Part shown: piece by piece, positions 39,722-49,132 of the stretch
Numbering within the stretch: position 1 is the first letter of the stretch
Layout: each line of letters opens with the position of its first letter
Assembly: GCA_963733055.1 (NCBI GenBank)
Contig: CAVTBR010000001.1
Span: forward strand, 1,152,001-1,216,000
Reading direction: 5' to 3'
DNA length: 64,000 bases
From: Candidatus Bathyarchaeota archaeon
Lineage (GTDB): Archaea > Thermoproteota > Bathyarchaeia > 40CM-2-53-6
Notes under the pieces: generated by a model
What the model saw: the letters and a program-made list of their open reading frames with translations, nothing else
Database searches by the model: none
What the model was told of the DNA's origin: nothing
Position numbers and translations under genes: made by a program

Positions 39722-40089
39722 CCTTGCTTTGCGGTTGTCCTCGTGCGGTATAGATAGATTGGGATGAGGACTAGCAGAATCACTTGGAGAACCGAACCAA
39801 CGATGAACGTACTGGAAGCCAGAGAAAGCCCCGCTGAAACATACGAATAGTGTTGTGGTTGTGGCAGTGAAACCGCGAGCGTTAGGATGGAGAGTACAAA
39901 AGCTAACGGATACGCGATCCTGCGTCCAACAGTCGCCAATACCGCTACCGCAAGGTATGCGAGCCACCCGACGAGAACCGACAAAAATAGCCATGTCGGA
40001 ACCAATACGTAAAGTTGTGGAAGCAGAACGATACCCACTGCAACAGACAGGTAGATCAGTAAATCAATCACTCGCCTGAGACCGACCAA
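39718..40089 (-). CDS. Hypothetical 4-TM membrane protein
   Basis: Four hydrophobic segments; fills the gap between neighbouring genes. Confidence 0.65.
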   Translation of the reverse strand: MVGLRRVIDLLIYLSVAVGIVLLPQLYVLVPTWLFLSVLVGWLAYLAVAVLATVGRRIAYPLAFVLSILTLAVSLPQPQHYSYVSAGLSLASSTFIVGSVLQVILLVLIPIYLYRTRTTAKQG

Positions 40090-40179
40090 GAGCGTAACCT
40101 CGCGCTTCCGCCAATCAGCATAACATTCGTCTAATATGAAGATAGAATAGAAAAAGAACGGGAGAAAGAACTAGGTTGC

Positions 40180-40305
40180 TCAGTGCTTTAGTTCTTCGAT
40201 TCTCTCCGTAACGCCCTTGAGTTCACTCTCTAGGTTGCTCTTGTATTCTTCTAGCCATTCAACCTTCTCTTCCTTCGTCAGAAACCTACGACCTTCATGA
40301 CACAT
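40180..40305 (-). CDS. 41-aa coiled-coil protein, DUF5320-like
   Basis: MCHEGRRFLTKEEKVEWLEEYKSNLESELKGVTERIEELKH; GGAGGTG SD at 40322-40316; below the ORF-track cutoff. Confidence 0.7.
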   Translation of the reverse strand: MCHEGRRFLTKEEKVEWLEEYKSNLESELKGVTERIEELKH

Positions 40306-40428
40306 CTCGCTTCAACACCTCCCTTACAATCACTTGTCAATAGTAACGAGGCTGAATTTAGCGACTGGGCGCGCCCGAACCTCGTCAGGACTGGATATTC
40401 TTGTTGAATGCTTGGGAAAGGTTAGGTC

Positions 40429-40932
40429 CTAGTGGATCGTTCCGGTTTCCTTGAGCACGTCCCCATGGCCGCGGGTGAAAGCGTCAGGGGTCAATTCGTT
40501 GGCTTTCACGAATTTGAGTTCAGAGAACCACTCGAGCTTTTTCACTTCTTCTTTCAGGGTTCCTTCGTAAATGAAGCATATGTCCCAATGCGCAGACTCA
40601 GGGTCATTGGGGTCCTGGGATAGGTGGGATTGAACTTGAGTCAATTTCAACTTCACGTCATCGCTCACCCCTACCTGTTCGGTGAGTATTCGTTTTGCGG
40701 AGTCGTCGGGTTTCTCGCCATACTTCAGGTGGGAGGCAGGAAGAAGCCATTTCCCGGAGGAAGCGTATTGAGGAGCATAGTTTTCGCCAACGAAGAACTT
40801 CTCAACCCATATTTCCGGTCTCGCCATCTTTCCTACAAGAATGCCACTTTTCCCGGTGAGTACTAAGAACGCGGAGATGCATGCCCCGCCTTTCGGCACG
40901 TGACCTTCCCTAAAGAGAGCTTTCTTAATCAT
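40429..40932 (-). CDS. Nudix-fold protein (degenerate Nudix box)
   Basis: GKWLLPASHLKYGEKPDDSAKRILTEQVG. Confidence 0.7.
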   Translation of the reverse strand: MIKKALFREGHVPKGGACISAFLVLTGKSGILVGKMARPEIWVEKFFVGENYAPQYASSGKWLLPASHLKYGEKPDDSAKRILTEQVGVSDDVKLKLTQVQSHLSQDPNDPESAHWDICFIYEGTLKEEVKKLEWFSELKFVKANELTPDAFTRGHGDVLKETGTIH

Positions 40933-41003
40933 CGGCGGCCCAACTCTAGCCCTGACAGTTCACGGCGATATAAGAAAGAGACGCAGGGAAGACTCGACCG
41001 CCA

Positions 41004-42707
41004 TTGACATCGTTGTACTCGAAAACATTGGAAGCTAAGCCACACACGGCGGTCTACCGGATGCACAAATATTTTGCACGCCGGCCCTGGAACGTCTTCT
41101 CAGCTCTTCTATCCCAGTACTCGTCAGAGGGGGACATCGTACTCGACCCTTTTTGCGGGGGAGGGGTTACCGTTGTGGAAGCCCTGAAGCTGCGCAGGAA
41201 GGCTATCGGTGTCGACGTTAATCCGATTGCTACTTACGTAACGTCCATGGAGTGTGCCCCCGCCGATCTCCCAGAGTACCGTTCCTTATTCGCTCAACTA
41301 ACCGACCGAGTCGGAAACGAACTTGCCTCACTATACAGGACAGAATGTACTAAGTGCCGAGCAGACACGGTCGCGGATTGGATGGAGTGGAACGAGAAAA
41401 CAAAGCGTATCATGCGTATCAAATATGACTGCCCGACCTGCGGTTCATCCGAAAAATCCCCCGCGATAAGCGATTACCGTTTAGTGACGCGAATTGAACG
41501 ACGCTTCAATAGCGTCGTGAAGGAACGTGGCTTATGGTTCCCTCGAACTCGCATTCCTAGGGGGGTTAAGACAGATTATCTTCTCGCCCAGAAGCTCGTC
41601 AGCTTCGATCAGCTCTTTACAAAGAGAAATCTTCTGGCTCTTTCAATCATTCGCAAAGAAATCTCGAAGTTCGCTAGATCCCCTGCCAGGGATCTACTCT
41701 CCTTTACGTTCAGCTGCTCCCTGAAATGGGCCAGTCGCCAGTCGCATCTCAGAGGGGCGATCGTTGAGGGGTGGGCGATGCATGCATATTGGATCTATCC
41801 GAGAAGTCTGGAACTCAATGTGTGGAATATTTTCAAACGTCGATTTGTCGCGGTTCAGAAAGGGAAGAGCTACAGCAATGAGACTATCGGAAACTTCGTG
41901 AGGTTCGCTCACGATTTTAGCCAGCTCGCGGACGGAGACGCAACGTGTCTCGTGTTAACTCGAAGCGGTGCTGATCTCCCAATCCCAGACAACTCAGTAG
42001 ACACCGTGATTACCGACCCGCCCTATGGCGGAAACGTCAACTATGCCGAGCTTGCAGACTTCTGGTACACATGGATGAATGAGAATGGCAATTTAATTGA
42101 AAAGAAAGATGAAGCCATAATCAATAGATGGCAAGGAAAATCCCTCGAGGATTACGAAAGACTTCTGAAAGGGGTATTCGATGAATGCTATCGAGTGCTA
42201 AAGCCCGACGGAGATTTTGTATCAACTTTTAACAGCAAAGACTTCCGAGTCGTAGGCAGTTTCGTTACGGCTGCCGCTAAAGCTGGTTTCACTCTTGACC
42301 CCAAAGACGTACTGTATCAACCGCCGATCAGACCATACATGACCACCTTTCACGCTATGCAGATCGGGGCTTTCGTCGGTGATTTCGTTTTCAGATTCAA
42401 AAGAAGGACAACGAAGCGCATTGTCCCTGTTGATGAGGCTCAAGACCTAGAGAATTTGAAAGTCGCGATTTCCCAGATAGTTGATCTGAGCGCAAAGAAC
42501 GGCCGACCTGAACCTACGATCAGAGAAAAGGCATACGCTCTCCTGATTCCTTTCCTCGCGAAACATGCGCTAACTAGGGAATCGAGTTGCAGGGACGCAG
42601 CTAACTTCTTCGAAAGCAAAGTCAAAACCTACGAGAGCTACTTCAAAAATACACGCAAGAAACTAACCGAAACGAGAAAAAGAGTGTTCACAAAGCGAGA
42701 GGCCTGA
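41004..42707 (+). CDS. Amino-DNA methyltransferase with internal Zn ribbon (COG1743/DUF1156-like)
   Basis: MHKYFARRP, LDPFCGGG (SAM motif I), CTKC..CPTC, TDPPY (motif IV) and RVLKPDG. Confidence 0.85.
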   Translation: MTSLYSKTLEAKPHTAVYRMHKYFARRPWNVFSALLSQYSSEGDIVLDPFCGGGVTVVEALKLRRKAIGVDVNPIATYVTSMECAPADLPEYRSLFAQLTDRVGNELASLYRTECTKCRADTVADWMEWNEKTKRIMRIKYDCPTCGSSEKSPAISDYRLVTRIERRFNSVVKERGLWFPRTRIPRGVKTDYLLAQKLVSFDQLFTKRNLLALSIIRKEISKFARSPARDLLSFTFSCSLKWASRQSHLRGAIVEGWAMHAYWIYPRSLELNVWNIFKRRFVAVQKGKSYSNETIGNFVRFAHDFSQLADGDATCLVLTRSGADLPIPDNSVDTVITDPPYGGNVNYAELADFWYTWMNENGNLIEKKDEAIINRWQGKSLEDYERLLKGVFDECYRVLKPDGDFVSTFNSKDFRVVGSFVTAAAKAGFTLDPKDVLYQPPIRPYMTTFHAMQIGAFVGDFVFRFKRRTTKRIVPVDEAQDLENLKVAISQIVDLSAKNGRPEPTIREKAYALLIPFLAKHALTRESSCRDAANFFESKVKTYESYFKNTRKKLTETRKRVFTKREA

Positions 42708-42712
42708 ATCTG

Positions 42713-43174
42713 CTAGGCTGTTGGAGTCGCCATCGATTCTCCCCTTTCCTGTCGCTCAGCATCATCACGCCCGTAATCCCAAGAGAGGAGCCGGGAGGGC
42801 TGAAGCTTGAAAACGACCCTTCCATCTTGTTTCACCGCCTCACTCAACCAGCTTCGCCCTTCCTCCTCGCCATACCGGAATGAGATTCTCTCCAACCACT
42901 TGTCCCGATCTTTCTGAACGAGCTGAGCCTTTCCGAACGCACACACCGCACGGTACGGACGCTCGTCAGTCGCAACACTCAGAGCGATGTTGGGATTCTG
43001 TTGAATATGGTCGCTCTTGATTCGTCCGAGCCGCGAAGTGAAATAGAAGCAGCCTTCATCGTATACAAACCAAATCGGACTCACCCGAGGCATTCCCTTC
43101 GTAGATGACGTCGCGAGATGGGCCATCCTAGGTTCACTTAGAAGAGTGGTCAATTCAGTCTTCGTTAATGGCAA
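42713..43174 (-). CDS. Pyridoxamine-5'-phosphate oxidase-like (PPOX, F420/FMN-binding) protein
   Basis: AHLATSS.KGMPRVSPIWF, K..HIQQNPNIAL and SWDY motifs. Confidence 0.8.
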   Translation of the reverse strand: MPLTKTELTTLLSEPRMAHLATSSTKGMPRVSPIWFVYDEGCFYFTSRLGRIKSDHIQQNPNIALSVATDERPYRAVCAFGKAQLVQKDRDKWLERISFRYGEEEGRSWLSEAVKQDGRVVFKLQPSRLLSWDYGRDDAERQERGESMATPTA

Positions 43175-43183
43175 AATGATCTC

Positions 43184-43702
43184 CTACAACTGGTCTGGAG
43201 CCAAAGGTTTGGCGAAACGGTCAAGAAAGGCAACTTCGCTGAGTGGGCTTCTTTTCTTCTTTCCAAATATTTTCCTAGCTGGGTAGCCGAAACCAACGAT
43301 AACGCTCGCATTCCGGTCCTTTGGGATGCTGAAGTCTTTCTCGAGCGCCTCTCGATTGATGCCCGTGAAGATTCTCGAGGCTACGCCGAAATTCCAGGCA
43401 GCTATCTGCATACTCGTTAGAGCTCGGCCCGCGTCGAGCAAATGGAACCCATATTTCGGGTTAGTCACAACGATCACCGCGAAATTAGCCCCTTCAACCC
43501 ACTGTCCAGTCGTGCTATCATTCGCCAATGTCTTGAGACGATCGCTCCCCTGAACTAGTATGAACCTCCAGTGTTGCACATTCATTCCGCTTCCTGAGAG
43601 TCGTGCCGCTTCCAAAATCTTGAGCTTAATATCGGATGGCACATTTTTCGGAGCGAACTCAGCTACATCGAGTTTTGTTACGACTGCATCATATGCATCC
43701 AA
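43184..43702 (-). CDS. Nitroreductase family protein
   Basis: ILEAARLSGSGMNVQHWRFI, DAG.A...M.IAAW..GV and GFGYP motifs. Confidence 0.85.
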   Translation of the reverse strand: MDAYDAVVTKLDVAEFAPKNVPSDIKLKILEAARLSGSGMNVQHWRFILVQGSDRLKTLANDSTTGQWVEGANFAVIVVTNPKYGFHLLDAGRALTSMQIAAWNFGVASRIFTGINREALEKDFSIPKDRNASVIVGFGYPARKIFGKKKRSPLSEVAFLDRFAKPLAPDQL

Positions 43703-43778
43703 TCAAGAAACCCACGTAACAGTAGCTGTCCAAGTACTATAAGCTCGCGGAACTCGTGCGGGTATCGGCGTGGTTGGG

Positions 43779-44732
43779 CTAGCCTTGCGTGAGCATGTAG
43801 TTCTTAACCCCTTTCTGGTCGAGGTTAATGATCGCGCCTCGAAGAATTCCTTCTCCATATTCGCTGCCCGGGTTTATGCATAACGTGCGTCCGATCTTCA
43901 CGAAACCACGGGATTCATGAATATGGCCGTGGATCCCCAGCATTGGCTTGTATTGTTCTATCAGCTGTCTCACCGTCTTACTGCCTACATGAATCATGCT
44001 CATCGCTCCGCCCTTAATCACCGGCTTCAGGTTTGCATCAAGTTCCGGCGCAAGATCGATCGGGGTCTCGTATGGGGGATTGTGCAAATTGAAAATCGAA
44101 CTCTCCACATTTTGAACCTTATCGATCATGGGTTGGAATTTCTTAACCAGCTCCTCGTCCGATACTTCCCTCGGGCTCTTCCAAGGGGTTGTGCTCGCCC
44201 AACCGCTCGTAATCATTTCATGGTCGTCATCGATTGAAACCACCACATCCTCCGGATAGAGGATTCCCGTTGAGGCTCGGAGCACATCGTCGATGTCGAA
44301 GCGGTCATCATTACCGGGACTAATGTAGCATTTGACGTTCGTTCCCTTGAGGCGTTGATCGGCAATATCGACCCATCTCTTGACCCCGGCCGCCATGACT
44401 TTCGAAAAGAGTTCGTCAACCAAGCTCTTGTCCGCTTGAAGCTTCTCAAATTCGCCCATATCTGTCGAATACGGATAGTACCCACTGTTCCGAATCCTCT
44501 TCTCAAGAGCCTGCCGCTCATCGGCGGTCTTTACTACTTCACGAATTCCAAGAAAATCAGCAACCGCACTTCCATCTCCCTGGTCCACCAATGGAACAAT
44601 CATCTTACCGGTAATATCCCCTCCCAAAATGAGGACATTTGCTTGGTAGAATTTAGCGGCGTTCAAGAATTTCATGAAGCAAACGTCGGAACCGTGCACG
44701 TCCGAAGTGAAGAAAATCCTGGTATTGGCCAT
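43779..44732 (-). CDS. Calcineurin-like metallophosphoesterase (Icc-related)
   Basis: SDVHG, GGDITG, PGNDD, HNPP, HGHIHE and NPGS motifs. Confidence 0.87.
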   Translation of the reverse strand: MANTRIFFTSDVHGSDVCFMKFLNAAKFYQANVLILGGDITGKMIVPLVDQGDGSAVADFLGIREVVKTADERQALEKRIRNSGYYPYSTDMGEFEKLQADKSLVDELFSKVMAAGVKRWVDIADQRLKGTNVKCYISPGNDDRFDIDDVLRASTGILYPEDVVVSIDDDHEMITSGWASTTPWKSPREVSDEELVKKFQPMIDKVQNVESSIFNLHNPPYETPIDLAPELDANLKPVIKGGAMSMIHVGSKTVRQLIEQYKPMLGIHGHIHESRGFVKIGRTLCINPGSEYGEGILRGAIINLDQKGVKNYMLTQG

Positions 44733-44934
44733 GCGCCTTTCACCTTGGATTTCATATTAAGCTCTTACGTCCTAGAGGCGCGATTAACAGTTAACAAAAC
44801 CCAAACCCAGTTAGCTATCTAAGTCGAAAGAAGGCTACCGCAGCTTATCGTCTGGATTAACTGACATCTGGGACTCTATCAACTAACTTTTCAATTGGAT
44901 ACTCCAACCTCTGCCCGTCGGGGTTCGAGGTCTG

Positions 44935-46437
44935 ATGGCGGCAAAACGGTATGTTCTCGCAATAGACCAAGGGACGACTCGAACTAAGGCGGCTTTATTC
45001 GATGTACATGGTCAGGTTTGTGGATTTGGGTCTGCCGAAGTAAAGAGAATGTTCCCCCGTCCAGCTTGGGTCGAAGAAAAGCCTGATCAGATTTGGAGAT
45101 CGCTTCTCCTATCTGTTCGCACTGCCATGAGGCGGGCACGATGTAGTGCGAAACAAATCGTCGGGGTAGGATTAGATAACCAAGGCGAGACTGTTATCGC
45201 CTGGAACAAGAAATCTGGTAACCCCGTCTATAACGCAATAGTCTGGCAGTGCCGACGAACCGACGAGACTTGCCTACGGCTGAAAACTCGCCCGGGACTA
45301 GCACGCATGATTCGACAGAAAACCGGACTAGTCATCGACCCATACTTTTCCGCAACGAAAATGCGTTGGATTATTGACAACGTGGAACATGCGAAGCGAC
45401 TTGCGAAACTGGATGAATTAGTGTTAGGAACGTCTGATACGTGGCTCATCCGGAAAATGGCCGTACGAACCCATCCCATTACCGATTTCGCTACAGCATC
45501 ACGAACGTTGCTGTTTAACATCCACAAGATGAAATGGGACGAAGACCTTCTCCGAATATTCAAAATCCCTGAAGAGTCTCTACCGGATATTATTCCGAAT
45601 TCTGGCGAATTGGCTCACACAGATCCTCAATCGTTTCTTGGAATCGACGCGCCGATCTCAGGATTGATTGTTGACCAACAAGCAGCGCTCTTCGGCCATG
45701 GCTGCTTCAAACAAGGAGAAATGAAGAACACGTATGGGACGGGATGCTTCATGCTGATGAATACCGGGCGCACGCCTAAGCTGTCTAACCACGGATTACT
45801 CACTACCGTAGCTTGGGTTGTTAACGGGGTTCGGAACTATGCGCTTGACGGAGGGGTGTACACTGCGGGGTCTGCGATTGACTGGCTCGTGAAGGGTTTA
45901 GGGATCATTAGGAATCCGAGAGAGTCCGATAAACTGGCCTCGGGCCTCCAGAACAATGAAGGCGTTTTCTTCGTACCCGCATTCGTTGGCTTGGCGGCGC
46001 CGTTCTGGGACTCAACGGCAAGAGGGCTCATTGTTGGGATCACCGATGGTACAAACTCGGCGGGCATTGTTAGAGCCACATTGGAGTCAATAGCATATCA
46101 AGTTGATGAGGTTCGGCATTGCATGGAGGCGGATTCAGGTCTCCTCGTGAGGAAGCTAATGGTGGATGGGGGTCCCACGGCTAATCGGTTCTTGATGCAG
46201 TTCCAAGCCAATGTTAGCGGGGTACCAGTCGAAGTCCCAAGGATCAGCGAAGTGACAGTAAGTGGGACAGCGTTCCTTGCTGGTTTAGGAGTCAACTTCT
46301 GGGACAATGTATCAGAACTCATTCGTGCTCAGAAGCACGAAGTGTACCGGCCGAAGATGCGATCGAGCGAACGTACTCGGTTGCTTGTTTCTTGGAAGCG
46401 GGCTGTCGCACGTTCCCGAGGATGGGGCGGGGAATAA
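44935..46437 (+). CDS. glpK: Glycerol kinase
   Basis: AIDQGTT, NAIVWQCRR, DPYFSATK, DQQAALFG, KNTYGTG and DGG motifs. Confidence 0.88.
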   Translation: MAAKRYVLAIDQGTTRTKAALFDVHGQVCGFGSAEVKRMFPRPAWVEEKPDQIWRSLLLSVRTAMRRARCSAKQIVGVGLDNQGETVIAWNKKSGNPVYNAIVWQCRRTDETCLRLKTRPGLARMIRQKTGLVIDPYFSATKMRWIIDNVEHAKRLAKLDELVLGTSDTWLIRKMAVRTHPITDFATASRTLLFNIHKMKWDEDLLRIFKIPEESLPDIIPNSGELAHTDPQSFLGIDAPISGLIVDQQAALFGHGCFKQGEMKNTYGTGCFMLMNTGRTPKLSNHGLLTTVAWVVNGVRNYALDGGVYTAGSAIDWLVKGLGIIRNPRESDKLASGLQNNEGVFFVPAFVGLAAPFWDSTARGLIVGITDGTNSAGIVRATLESIAYQVDEVRHCMEADSGLLVRKLMVDGGPTANRFLMQFQANVSGVPVEVPRISEVTVSGTAFLAGLGVNFWDNVSELIRAQKHEVYRPKMRSSERTRLLVSWKRAVARSRGWGGE

Positions 46438-46471
46438 AAGAATTTGAAGCCCATCCAATTAGCCGAGAACC

Positions 46472-47371
46472 GTGCCAACCTTGACAGCAACAAAGAATCT
46501 TTACGCCTATGTTAATGGGAACTACGTAGACAAAGACGAAGCTTCAATTTCAATTTACGACCACGGGTTCCTTTACGGGGACGGTGTCTATGAGGCAATT
46601 AGGGCTTATGACGGGCTAATTTTCAAGCTACGCGAGCACATCGACCGCCTCTACGAATCTGCGAAATCCATCAAGATCGACATACCCTTCTCAAGGGAAG
46701 AACTAGGTCGGTTGGTTGTTGCGGTCCTGAAGAAAAATGGATTGAGGAACAGTTACATACGCATCGTTATTTCGCGCGGCCGAGGCAGGATGGGCGTAGA
46801 TCCCCGCAACTGCTCCACACCGACCGTAGTAATTATGACCGAACCCCGTGAACCTTTGTTCGGTGAAGGCGTTAAGGGAATTTCCGCGATCGTATCATCC
46901 ATCAGGCGAACGCCTTCATGGTCTCTGGATCCGAGGATTAAGACCTTGAATTATCTCAACAATATCATGGCCAAGATCGAAGCAATCGAATCCGGCGTTG
47001 AGGAAGCGATCATGCTCAACGAACAAGGCTACGTAGCGGAAACTTCAACCGAGAACGTCTTCATAGTAAAGAACGGAGTAGTATCAACCCCACACCCATC
47101 CCAGGGCGTTCTGAAGGGGATAACGCGAGACTCGGTCATTGCAGTAACCAAGGACTCAGGTTACCCGGTGGAAGAGAGATCAATCTCGATCCATGAACTG
47201 TACAATGCAGACGAAGTCTTCGTCTCAGGAACCGCGGCAGAAATCGTTCCGATCGTGAAGATCACTGGGCGAACCATCGGCGAAGGAAAACCAGGGCCGG
47301 TCTATACGAAAATATTTTCCGGCTTCAGGCAGATGATCAAGAAATCTAAGGAAGGAACTCCGGTCGACTGA
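46472..47371 (+). CDS. ilvE: Branched-chain amino acid aminotransferase
   Basis: DHGFLYGDGVYE, IKTLNYLNN, ENVF, LKGITR and GTAAE motifs. Confidence 0.92.
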   Translation: MPTLTATKNLYAYVNGNYVDKDEASISIYDHGFLYGDGVYEAIRAYDGLIFKLREHIDRLYESAKSIKIDIPFSREELGRLVVAVLKKNGLRNSYIRIVISRGRGRMGVDPRNCSTPTVVIMTEPREPLFGEGVKGISAIVSSIRRTPSWSLDPRIKTLNYLNNIMAKIEAIESGVEEAIMLNEQGYVAETSTENVFIVKNGVVSTPHPSQGVLKGITRDSVIAVTKDSGYPVEERSISIHELYNADEVFVSGTAAEIVPIVKITGRTIGEGKPGPVYTKIFSGFRQMIKKSKEGTPVD

Positions 47372-47445
47372 GACTATTTTATTTATGGAATGTGGAGGAA
47401 ACCGTTAAGAATGGAGTATATGCGGCCCTTGTTGGGGTAAGAGTT

Positions 47446-49029
47446 TTGGCTAGCAAAGCCGTTTTTATGCGCGACGCAACTGGCCTCGTCAAAGCAATTG
47501 GTCCGTTCGCCGCATTCCTCTTTGGAGCACAATGTATTAGCCCGCCATCATCAGGGTTCATCACGTATGCTTGGCTTCCGTACCTTTGGCCTGGATCCGA
47601 CATTCTCCTCATCTTGACTATTGGAATGATCTTTTCACTCTTTCACGCCGTAACGTACAGCCAGATTGGTAGCGTGTACCCACGAAGCGGCGCCGACTAC
47701 GTTTTCGCAAGCAGGACCCTGTCACCAGTCGGGGCGTTTAGTTCGAACTTCGCCTTGAGCATCTTCAGTGGTCTAGTTGCGGGTTCACTGATCGCTTGGA
47801 TTCCAAGTACTCTGATGTCTAGCTATTTCTTCGAGCTCGGTACCGTGACTGGTCAATCATATTTGCTGACGTGGTCGGGCATGCTCACGTCGGGTATCTG
47901 GGTTTTCATCATAGGTAGCATTGCAGTCCTCGTCACCCTTGTTTTGATGCTCGTTTCGCCCTCGAAGACGGTTGGCTTTCTCAAGTACTCATTTTATCTT
48001 GCCATGATTTCCTGGGCCATCATCCTAATCTCATTGGCCACGATCGACTCGAAGACTTTCATAACCAATTGGAACGCATTCATGGGCGCAGGCAACTTCG
48101 ATCAAGTAATACCAGCCGCGCAAAAGAGTGGATTGGTATACCAGTACTCTCCAATCACGGCGTCTGTTGCGGGGCTGATTATGGCGTTCTGGATTTACTA
48201 CGGATACTACATCCCCACATTCTTTGCAGGCGAAATTAAGCGCGCTCAGCGAACTCTGATTCTTGGAAGTATTGGATCTCTAGTCTTCATGTGGGCCCTA
48301 TTCGGCGTAGGCGCTGTTTTGTTGACGAGACTTGTACCAACGACTTGGCTAGGCGCGGAAGGTTATCTTTTCTACGGTGCTCCAGGCGTGATGACGGCGA
48401 TGCCGTTTATTTCCTTTTACGCTGCTGTGGCACAACCAAACCTGATTCTGGGAGCAATAGTCTTCATCGGCTTCTTCCTGTCACTGATTGGGCTGGCCGT
48501 CACTTACTTCTATTACGTCAGTAGGAACATTTTCGCATGGTCATTCGACAGACTGGCACCAGCGAAGCTAGCCGATGTTCGGCCAAACGGCGCACCATGG
48601 GTTTCGGTTATCATGATAACGGTATTGGCGGAAATTGGCCTAGCACTGAGCCAGTATACCACAATATTCGTTCAGCTCAACTTCACGTTGTTCGCCGTAC
48701 TCTGCATGATGGTTCCAGTCCTGTCCGCGATCATATTGCCATGGAAGAACAAGCAAGCATTCCAACAATCTCCGGCTCTCGTAAGCAAGAGAGTTGCAGG
48801 CATCCCAATGATTACCCTGTTCGGTAGCATAACCTTCGCTTACCTCCTCTGGATGGTTTATGCAAGCTACGCATACCCCTCGGTTGGAGGATATGTTGGC
48901 CCGAACATGATCCTACTCTTCGTGAGTGTTCTTGTCGCCGGCATTGTCCTATTCTACGTCGCAAAAGCGGTGCGCGCCAGGGAAGGCCTCGACCTGAAAT
49001 ACATTTACAGCAGCATCCCACCCGAATGA
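47446..49029 (+). CDS. APC-family permease
   Basis: FMRDATGLVK, PRSGADYV, AGEIK, SRNIFAWSFDR motifs and C-terminal SIPPE; probable start TTG 47446. Confidence 0.87.
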   Translation: MASKAVFMRDATGLVKAIGPFAAFLFGAQCISPPSSGFITYAWLPYLWPGSDILLILTIGMIFSLFHAVTYSQIGSVYPRSGADYVFASRTLSPVGAFSSNFALSIFSGLVAGSLIAWIPSTLMSSYFFELGTVTGQSYLLTWSGMLTSGIWVFIIGSIAVLVTLVLMLVSPSKTVGFLKYSFYLAMISWAIILISLATIDSKTFITNWNAFMGAGNFDQVIPAAQKSGLVYQYSPITASVAGLIMAFWIYYGYYIPTFFAGEIKRAQRTLILGSIGSLVFMWALFGVGAVLLTRLVPTTWLGAEGYLFYGAPGVMTAMPFISFYAAVAQPNLILGAIVFIGFFLSLIGLAVTYFYYVSRNIFAWSFDRLAPAKLADVRPNGAPWVSVIMITVLAEIGLALSQYTTIFVQLNFTLFAVLCMMVPVLSAIILPWKNKQAFQQSPALVSKRVAGIPMITLFGSITFAYLLWMVYASYAYPSVGGYVGPNMILLFVSVLVAGIVLFYVAKAVRAREGLDLKYIYSSIPPE

Positions 49030-49132
49030 ATACAACACCTCTTCAGAATCACGACTAGACTCCCACATCGGGGAATCAACGCCTCGTCATGGTCTGTGCT
49101 GGACTAGGCGAAGACGGCATTAGAATTTCGAC

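Noticed and set aside
39230-39994. 254-aa minus-strand ORF
   Set aside because: Overlaps two better-supported genes; composition not protein-family-like.
40171-40240. Direct repeat CTAGGTTGCTC (two copies)
   Set aside because: Only 11 bp, with one copy inside a coding region; likely chance.
41004-42707. Complete restriction-modification or BREX/DISARM-type defence island
   Set aside because: No partner nuclease, ATPase or helicase among the flanking genes.
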